A stretch of 64,000 bases of DNA, taken from NCBI RefSeq assembly GCF_015852565.1, contig NC_136191.1:11912578-11976577 (forward strand), in the 5' to 3' direction. Positions within the stretch are counted from its first letter, which is position 1. Every line of letters begins with the position of its first letter. The notes beneath the pieces were generated by a model. The model worked only from the letters and a program-made list of their open reading frames with translations. It did not search any database and was not told where the DNA came from. Below, in pieces: positions 43,991 through 64,000 of this stretch. Made by a program: the position numbers and the translations under genes. The stretch comes from Branchiostoma floridae. Taxonomy: Eukaryota.

Positions 43991-44968
43991 TTGATATTCA
44001 AGATAATCTTCCAGCTACCATTGAAGAAAAACACATCTTCTACATTGAATAGTACTTATGTTGTATGTTTGGAAAGAGATACTGATAAAGAAATGCTATT
44101 GCGTCATGCCAATAGCCAAATTTTACGAGAGAACGGCTTCCAAATTATAAACATGAACTCAAATCAACAAATTCCAGAATTTGACATCATTGACATGCGC
44201 TTCCAAAAATTTCTGTTAGGCATTCATGCTAAAGCCTCAAACGATGGTGTCAGGGGAGAATTAGGAACCTTCCCAGCTATGATTGATGCCGAAATACAAC
44301 TTGTAAAATGTTGGCATCGTTTAGTTAATTTGCCAGAAGATGCTCTTCTTAGCGAGGCATACAATACCGTTTTACTCGGAGAACATGATTGGTTTGTCCA
44401 CGTAAAAAATATCCTCAATTACCAAGGCTTTGGACACATATGGCTGAACCCGAGGTCATACCACATAGACACAATCACCACTCAGCTACGACAACGTTTA
44501 CAAGATATATACGTGCAAAATTGGCATTCCTCTATTCGAAACAATTCCAAACTCTCCTCTCTTTCTACATTGAACAAGCATTACAAGCAAGAAAATTACA
44601 TTTCAACCATAAAGAGCCTTGACATTCGTAGGTCAATCACACAAATCAGAATTGGCTGTCACAAATTAAATATAGAAACCGGGAGATTCCAAAAAATCCC
44701 TATAGATCAGAGGGTTTGTCCATTCTGTCCAGAGCTAATTGAAGACGAAAATCACTTTATGGTTGTATGTCCCAAATATTCTGATATACGAAATTCTCTG
44801 TACACAAGGCTGTCATCTTATACACAAGGATTTATCTCGATGGACCTGAAGTGCAAATTCAAATACATCATGACATGTGACAATCCCCGCATGACAGATA
44901 TAGGAAAATATATCAAAGAAGGTTTAGACATTAGAAATTCCTCCAATGATTGTAAAAGCCTCCAATAA
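43991..44968 (+). mobile_element. 5'-truncated non-LTR retrotransposon (LINE, CR1/L2-like) ORF2 C-terminal fragment.
   Basis: A 325-aa ORF contains the LINE ORF2 post-RT hallmark FLLGIHAKASNDGVRGELGTFPAMIDAEIQLVKCWHRL and the C-terminal CX2C...HF(M/L)..CP.Y...R zinc-knuckle-like motif (CPFCPELIEDENHFMVVCPKYSDIR). No upstream RT or endonuclease is present in frame, so the copy is truncated and dead. Confidence 0.7.
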
Positions 44969-45310
44969 CTGTAAGAAACTTATCCCATACCACAACTTCT
45001 GTATTAGTTAGATAAGCGTTAAGTTATAGAACTGTAGTTATGTAGATGCCATACTTTGTACCCCGTACAATTGTTGTGCAAAAAAACTATACATGTTTAT
45101 CATTAGTGGTCTTCAATAATCTAAATGCCAACAAGATGCCAACGCAAACAAGGTGTTTAAAATTCAATCAGATTACTCAGATTGACGTGACTTTTCGGGT
45201 TTTCCTTTTCAACTATTCTCACTAAGTTACGTTCACTTACACTGATCTATTTATTTCTTGATAGCTGCACACAACATATACAACTATTCAAGACGACTGC
45301 TTCCACTGAA

Positions 45311-45560
45311 AAGTGTCACTTTAATTCTATATCCCTTACGTTATAACGCATGAATATATTAAAACGTTACAACAGTTCGACTGTTCGGCGCATTATCACT
45401 CTCAGCTGATCAATATTGAATATTGAGTGGATATGTCACTTTGGTTCTAGTTCGTTTTTTACAGTTTTGTTATAACGCACAGCGGTTCGGCATTGTATCA
45501 ACCTCAGTTGATCAAAATTCAATATTGAGTGAATAGTGACATTTTCATTCTCCTGCTATA
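45311..45560. repeat. Tandem duplication (~125-bp unit, 2 diverged copies and a partial third).
   Basis: ...gtcactttaattctat..gttataacgca..cagttcgactgttcggcgcattatcactctcagctgatcaatattgaatattgagtggat compared with atgtcactttggttctag..gttataacgcacagcggttcggcattgtatcaacctcagttgatcaaaattcaatattgagtgaat. Confidence 0.7.
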
Positions 45561-46538
45561 AAAAAACACGCCATTCTGATGTAGTGTAGCAGATCATACA
45601 TTTACACTTTGTGTGTCAAGGGCAAGAAAATACCACGATATGTCTATTACAAAATATTATCGATATCAGTTCCACTTTATCGGTACAGTTTTCTCCAGAT
45701 CTGCTGTTCTGATAAACTATGATCTTGGGGGGTCCCGCCTGTCGCTGTGATGAGATGATCTGCTCTGGTCGGAGACATCTTCCCCGTAAGCGATGTTCGC
45801 GCTCTCCGATGAGCCAAAATCCCAGCTGCCGGCCTCCCTGGTAGACAAAGGGAGGTACGTTTGGTTATCATTTCGGTACGGCGGTTTTTTCTGCTCATGT
45901 TGATAGATATCTTGCCTATAACCTCATCTCCTCACTGTCCTTCTTAGTCCGCTCCCAACGATCGCTACTCCGCCAATAACTTGCCTAACCCCTGCCATTG
46001 AACAATAATGATTTGAACCAGCAACCTTTATGCTTAGGCTACACTTCCAACCCGTGGCCCGGCCCTGCTGTTTGCCGAAACGACAATTTTCTTAAAAAAC
46101 ATGCATAAATTGTGCTCATGTCTGATTATTCTTACGTTTTACATGCTTTGTTTTTTTGTATATCAAATTTTTCGTTTCGACCTAAGCATAAGCGGGACTA
46201 CTACGTATCACACCAGACCGCCATGACATTCAAAAGACGCTGACTTGACAAAAGACGCTATTGAACATATTTTACAGCTCAAACGTGAACGAATTGTCCA
46301 AAACAGACGGCGGGAATGGGAATCTTTGTCTTTCCTATCGTAGTGAACATTCAATGAGATGCCCTGATCAGCCTGTGTCACACTCCCTTGTGTCAGGCTC
46401 ATCGTGTAACGTTACGGGATCCAGAGTGGTCCAGGGGCCTTCCGTGCCATGGCCGGCCCAGCCCTTGGTGTAGAAGTGTATGAGGTAGGTAGAAATAGGA
46501 CGCTAACCAATTCCATATATGTATGCTACGTTGCAGAC

Positions 46539-46721
46539 CTACTCTTCATCAGGATCGTCTTGAATTGTATCCAGTCCCGGCACCACCGACGCTCTCCGTG
46601 CCGTCCGTTTGGGTTGTCTCCGCCGAACCTCTTCCGGTGAGCTAGAAGGATTGCTTTTTGAGGATTGCTTGCCTCCTTGCTGCTTACTTTTCTTTTTAAT
46701 CTTTGACGGGACAGAACCCAT
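46539..46721 (-). CDS. Single-exon small ORF of 60 aa. It has an MGSVPSK N-terminus (N-myristoylation consensus), a polybasic stretch and a kemptide-like RRASV site. It is a paralogue of the ORF at 41395-41688.
   Basis: ATG 46719-46721 sits in the Kozak context aaaaacATGG. MGSVPSKIKKKSKQQGGKQSSKSNPSSSPEEVRRRQPKRTARRASVVPGLDTIQDDPDEE*. It shares EE(L/V)xR..(K/R)R.ARR(A/S)S(V/I).PG and an acidic tail with the 41395 ORF. Confidence 0.35.
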   Translation of the reverse strand: MGSVPSKIKKKSKQQGGKQSSKSNPSSSPEEVRRRQPKRTARRASVVPGLDTIQDDPDEE

Positions 46722-47578
46722 GTTTTTCTTTCCCTATTAGTGCAGTGATGTATGTTCCCTTGTTTGATTGTGACGTAATAAATGATGTTTTTCCGTCATA
46801 GAATAACGTAGACCACGTCATGAATGTGACATGGCAACGAGCAGCATGCAGGAGAAATCCAGAGCATTTTAAAATTTAGTCGTTTCCTTAATGTCCAGCT
46901 AACAGAAAGTTTTATGCTCTTTAATACAGAGTGCCAAGCCAGGGGGCTCATGTAGCATACGGCATGTGTCTGTTGCTCGGCAATTCGTTTCGACCTCCGG
47001 AATTTCTTTTTCCTTGTTCTGCCAATACGGCCTGCGTGCCGTCTCCGTGTGAGGCGAGAGTTGTTCCAAATATGCAATGCCCACTTTCTGTGGTCCTTTA
47101 AAGTATCATCATCTTGTTGACATGTTCTAGAACAGCGTTTCGTCGATCAAGCCGTCGAAGAATAACAGAAATGAGCGCGCCCAACATTACTAAAAATCAT
47201 AGTTGCTACAATCTTAAAAACAAACACACACACACACATACGTCGACGTTTCTACTCGATCGTTTGCTGTTTAGAATTTCTAAGATAAATGACCAGTATT
47301 GGGTTGCTCCTGGCGACTTGTACCTGCACTGCACGTATATCCAGTGCGTTCACCTTTCATGACCTTAACGAATTCTAGGGTGATCACTCATTACCAGGTG
47401 ATGACACCAGGTGCTACATCTCTGCATAACAAGGAGGATTAATTTCAGCGTCGTGTCGAGTGGGCAGTGCATGGTACAGCCAACATTACCGTAGATTTCT
47501 TCATCGGTTTAAGCGCCCACTCCACCTCACCACAGGAACATCTTGCTGTGTACCGTCGTGTCATTTTGTGGCCCAGCC

Positions 47579-59457
<11,879 letters not shown>

Positions 59458-62400
59458 CGTGTACTAGACTTCAACCTTTGAAAGCAGTTCGAAGGGGCCG
59501 GGGAAAATCCAGATCCTTATTATTGAAATAACCAAGTCTGACATCAGAACATTACCTATGAACTAAGATTTAGATAGAATACATGTATTTTGAAAGCAAT
59601 ATAGAGATTGTCAAATATTTTCAATTATCTTGCAGCGTGCCAAAGTATGGCGGAAAGAACATGATTTCGGCAAAACTGTATGCTTGGACAATAATTCGTT
59701 GAAATAAAGAAAGCCTAATGTGAACAGCCAATATGTGTACAACAATTGGTAGAAAAATATTCCAGGATTTATAAAATGGACATAAATGTGTATCTATATG
59801 CTCTACGAATTCAATCGATGCGTACCCAAATCAAGTGCTACCTTTACCTCTGACTATGTCCATTATGTGCGGTCATCCTTTTTTATTTCATTTTACATTG
59901 TTTTATTTAATTTTCTCTGATCTCCACGTCCTGTCAAGTATTTCAATCTCTTTATTTGCTAAATGTATGTCTTTAAAAATTACACTGATGTTTGGGTACA
60001 TACGATATTTCGCCTGTGGTCTGATTTCGAGGCTACACTATCAGAAATCACCGAATGTCCGGATTTCAAGGCTAACTAATCATCCTACATGACCCCCCTA
60101 ACAGAGGAAACGTCTACACAAAGGAAATGATTGATTACCTTTAGAACAATCCCCCTTTTTAATTTTTGGGTCCGAGTTATTAGTTTTAAGACTCGCGGCG
60201 GGCAACCCTGAGGGCACATATGTGGGAGGGGAGGGGTCCAGGTGCCACAGTAGGTACATTGATGGTGGGCAGGTGTGCTGAGGTTCCTTACACACCTGTG
60301 ACTCCGAGGTGGAAGGTCGCCCTGGATGAAAGAACAAGCGTCAGTCAGTCGGTATGGAAGGTTATAGGTTAAGTGAAAAGTACCGGTTTGTCAGCTAATT
60401 TGCACACAGTCAAAAACAATTTGAACTATATTGTTGTTATTGTTGGCAAGACATCAAAATCCTTCGTGGTTTCTATATTTTGGCATGAAAAGACCGTCAA
60501 AAAAATCAAAGTCTGTAAGAAATGTTTTCGTCGTTAATAAAAATTGGACTTACTGAATACTGATCGTGCCATGTGCATCTTAAATAATTTCTCAATGATC
60601 ACTTTACTCTTCGGTATTTCGTTGGGCTTATAAAGTAAAAACATTCAGACAGTCAAAGCTTAAGCAATTTCGTATCGTCTAAACATTAGAACTGCTACAC
60701 TAGAATATAACGCATGTCCATGTGAACGCCCCTCAACATTAACATCACCTTTGAGATACGAAAAGACGGCGGATGTCAAATTTTACGCTACTTATAAGAT
60801 CAAAGCAGCAACAGAAAACTCCACTTGCAAAAGAGTCAATGAAGGTTCTGTTCATGATGCACAGGTGCACGTCAGCGTTCTTCGGACGACAATACAGGAT
60901 GACTAGTGGATAATATTTGGGCTTTTAGGGCCGGCGATTTCGGCCTCACGAAAGAAAGGCAGAAAGGTTGGAAATCTTATAATTGAGTATCACCACGGGG
61001 AGACCATAGTTTAAGGCTTCTGGCTGGATGTACACCTATAATGTAGCTGATATAATGATGGTGGCTTGGTTCGGGATCTTGCGCTTATAAAGTCGGTAAC
61101 TCTCTGCACCAAATTTTCATATAAGCTAATTTCAAGCCAAAATACATAGTTGGTTAGGTCTAACTACTGATCAAGGAGGTTTTATCAGAAGAGGTTTCAT
61201 AAAACCTCCTTAATTGTAATGATGCTCCAGACAAATACACAGACCTCAAGTACATACACGTACAAGTGTTTACTTTACAAAGGCAACAAATGGTTACAAG
61301 ACAGTTCAAGGCCATGACAGTTGTGTAAACTTATTCAACTCATTGATACCTTTCACATAATTCTCCCATCTTGTGCGAACACCAAGAGACAAGGAAAATC
61401 CCCAGTGATCTGGGTGTCCAGACTCCAGCTGTGCACGGCTTGAGCAGTTTTTAATTATTTTGGATTATCAATTTTACGGTCAATGTGTTCTGACACAGGG
61501 TCTATCACTCTGCCGTCAGACGACGTTTTCCCAAACCCCTCCGGACAAAACCCAGACCCAGTAGTCTCCTGTAATAACCACCGTCCGGCTCCTAACACAG
61601 CCTTCAAAGGAACTACATCAAGCCACAGGCCAACACCTCAAGATATTAGTAATTGGGCGAGCTTTTAAAGGCAAGCTGACGCAAACCTCCTACTAAGATT
61701 TAATTCATTAAGCCCGAAATAAAATTACTTCCTCTGTGCGTTTCTGACAGGAAAGTTAATCCACATGATTAACGATTTGACATGTCCGATGACATGAATA
61801 ATTAGAGGGCAGTGCTGGGCCCAATTATGTTCAGATGAGGGAACGGGGACGTGCCTTATTTGTGGAGAAAGTTTGTGGCTTTGTGAAGGGGGACGGGTCG
61901 CTTTGTGTGCACCTGTTGAAAAGATGAGGTAATGCTTGCGGCTAATTTGGCGATGCGGCTGTGGTTTGACGAGAGCTAGTCGAGCATAACTGTGTTTTTA
62001 TTCAGACAAAGTATGAGAAGGGGCGGCTTGGGGACACTCGTAAAGGGTATACAAAAGGAGAGTTGGTGCAGATACAGGTTCGATAGTGATAGAAGATGTG
62101 TTATACATTGTTTATTGGTAACGGAAGGAACACTGAAGAGATCTGAAGAGCCACCGGCTTATCCGAAACGCAAACCTGAATTGAAAACGCTTTCGTCACT
62201 CCTGCCCCATATACGCACCAGGACGGGCTATATCCCGTATCAGACAGGAACTGCGGATTCTTGATCCTCTAAAAGTGGTGTCAGCCTCAATTAACCAAAC
62301 ACGGTCCTCTCACACTAAGTGCGACATGTTTACCAACATATAATGTATCAAAGTCGGCGTTATGTAACGTCATGCATCCATTTTGAGCAACCAATCCCGG

Positions 62401-63099
62401 CGGAAATTGTTACAGAACTCCTTCGTCATCTTGTTTCCTATTATTGATTTTCATGCGAAGGATGTATGATATACTAAACTCTTACGGAAGCACCTCGGCA
62501 TATCAGTATTTGTTATTTGCCGATGAGAACACTGATCCGGAGATCGTCTGCAGGTGACGTCATGCTCGGCAAATGTCGTCAATCTCCGGCCTAATATAAC
62601 GGCGGCTCCTACCTGATTAAAAGGTTTCGACAAAGAGGCAATGATAGAGGACATGTGGACAAAAGAAGACGCCAACACGATGACTTACTTTCGAACTACA
62701 TGCCACGTCTAGTATATCTCTTCCCTCCAAAATTATAACTTTGTGCAAAAAGGAAGGAACTAGATGATAGCCGGTGTCTTCTGTACAAGGCCATTTCCGA
62801 AGTTGCGTTCCGATGCGGTCTGCTCATCATAGTAATTAGTACTCGTGATTAGTAACTAACCACAGGTTAGGCGCAGAAGGACCTTTCATGTCGAGCCACG
62901 TATGTGAGAAATGCTCTTTCCAAGCCACAAAAAAGAGAAAGTGACTATTAGTGCTCTGGTTCAGACCTCTAAAAGTAGAGACTTGTATGGAGTGACGTAC
63001 GTTAGAAACGCGGTATTGTACCAGGTCTATACTAGTGCCTGAGCTAGCTCAAGCCACGCGCTGGCACGTTGCGCATGCTCAGGCTAAACGAGCATAAGC

Positions 63100-63312
63100 T
63101 ACTCTCCAAGCAGAGGTTAGGCTCCGGTTGTTTTTTTACGTTTTTTTTAATAATTTTTTTTAATCGTTTAATCGGGCGGGCTTTCTATTTTGTATTGTAC
63201 CTTGCTGTATCAAAACCTAACTGGCTGGCGTAAGAAAAATGACAAAATAGAAATCCCGATAAAAACGACTAAAAAAACAGCCGGAGCCTAACCTTTGCTT
63301 GGAGAGTAGCAT
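63100..63312. mobile_element. MITE family B, longer copy (~210 bp).
   Basis: gctactctccaagcagaggttaggctccggttg ... cagccggagcctaacctttgcttggagagtagc. The interior is AT-rich with T and A homopolymers. Confidence 0.65.
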
Positions 63313-64000
63313 AAGCATGGTCATCGCTACCTGGTCATCGTTATTAGCCGTCGAGTGACCATGGGCCAGTGATAGCCCCAATCTGACCCAGCAAACAGGG
63401 TACCCTACTCTTCTTTAGTCGTGTGCTGGGTTCTTTAACGACCTGCATAAATTTGACGCCTGAGCTAAGGCTCCCCCATGCACGAGACTGATTAAAGGAG
63501 TCCTAACTCCACAGGAGAGGGGTGATGGTAAATACTCGTCATGTTGTTTGATATCATGTGAACAATTGGCCGTCTTGGTGTGCACATCGCCGAAAATATT
63601 CACGATGAAGGAAGTGTCTATACGCATAACTGTAGGAAATACATGCGTAGGGTCTGCATGCATATGGGTTTAGTGAGTTATCTTCGCCGCGACAATTCAC
63701 CACAAGTGAAATTCATGCAAAAAGGTTGCTGATTATGAGTTAAATGATACATGATCTATTGGAAAATAGCACCCCCTTCTGGAGTTTAGTACCCCTTTAA
63801 CTTCCGTCTAAGATACGATTGGATCGCTGAAGCAACCCTCACACAGGCCTGAGCGGGGTTCGAACCTCAGCCTTCTGGATCAACCGAATTTGATCCATAC
63901 TCATGTAAGCCAAGGAACACCAATTGATGATGCTTAGGTGAAGTAACATGACGTTATTAGACAATTTGAAACAGTTCCATTCTCTAGCCTAAACTGTCGT

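Noticed and set aside
45677-45898. Minus-strand ORF (MSRKNRRTEMITKRTSLCLPGRPAAGILAHRRARTSLTG...) as a possible third copy of the small-ORF family.
   Set aside because: It has only a weak RRARTS resemblance, no MG start and no shared acidic tail.

Overview
Intron-rich metazoan nuclear DNA, probably from an invertebrate (deuterostome-like gene content; the species cannot be read from the sequence). All five main protein-coding genes lie on the + strand. (1) The 3' end of a titin/twitchin-like Ig-FN3 repeat gene, 147-5598. (2) A 21-exon gene for a P-loop (NACHT-type) NTPase with a DUF4062-like N-terminus, an MGCGAS dual-acylation motif and C-terminal kinesin-light-chain-type TPRs, 8050-17798. 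(3) The MRPL18 orthologue, 19723-22393. (4) Major vault protein (MVP), 26464-38980, in 18-19 coding exons. (5) A secreted mosaic serine protease (signal peptide, 4 LDL-receptor class A modules, a Thr-rich linker, a TSP1 repeat and a trypsin domain), 47579-59457. Between MVP and the protease, on the minus strand, are two paralogous single-exon small ORFs with MG-x-x-x-SK N-termini and an RRxS-x-PG motif, plus a 5'-truncated LINE ORF2 fragment. Introns carry many repeats: three copies of a ~210-bp MITE, a TA-flanked Tc1/mariner-like MITE, a GC-rich TIR element, tRNA-derived SINE copies and several minisatellites. The most striking structure is a 63-bp (in-frame, 21-codon) minisatellite of about 15 units that copies the last 15 codons of MVP exon 2 together with its GT splice donor. 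Exon coordinates come from hand translation plus GT/AG sites and phase consistency, and may be off by a few bases. No database searches were run.
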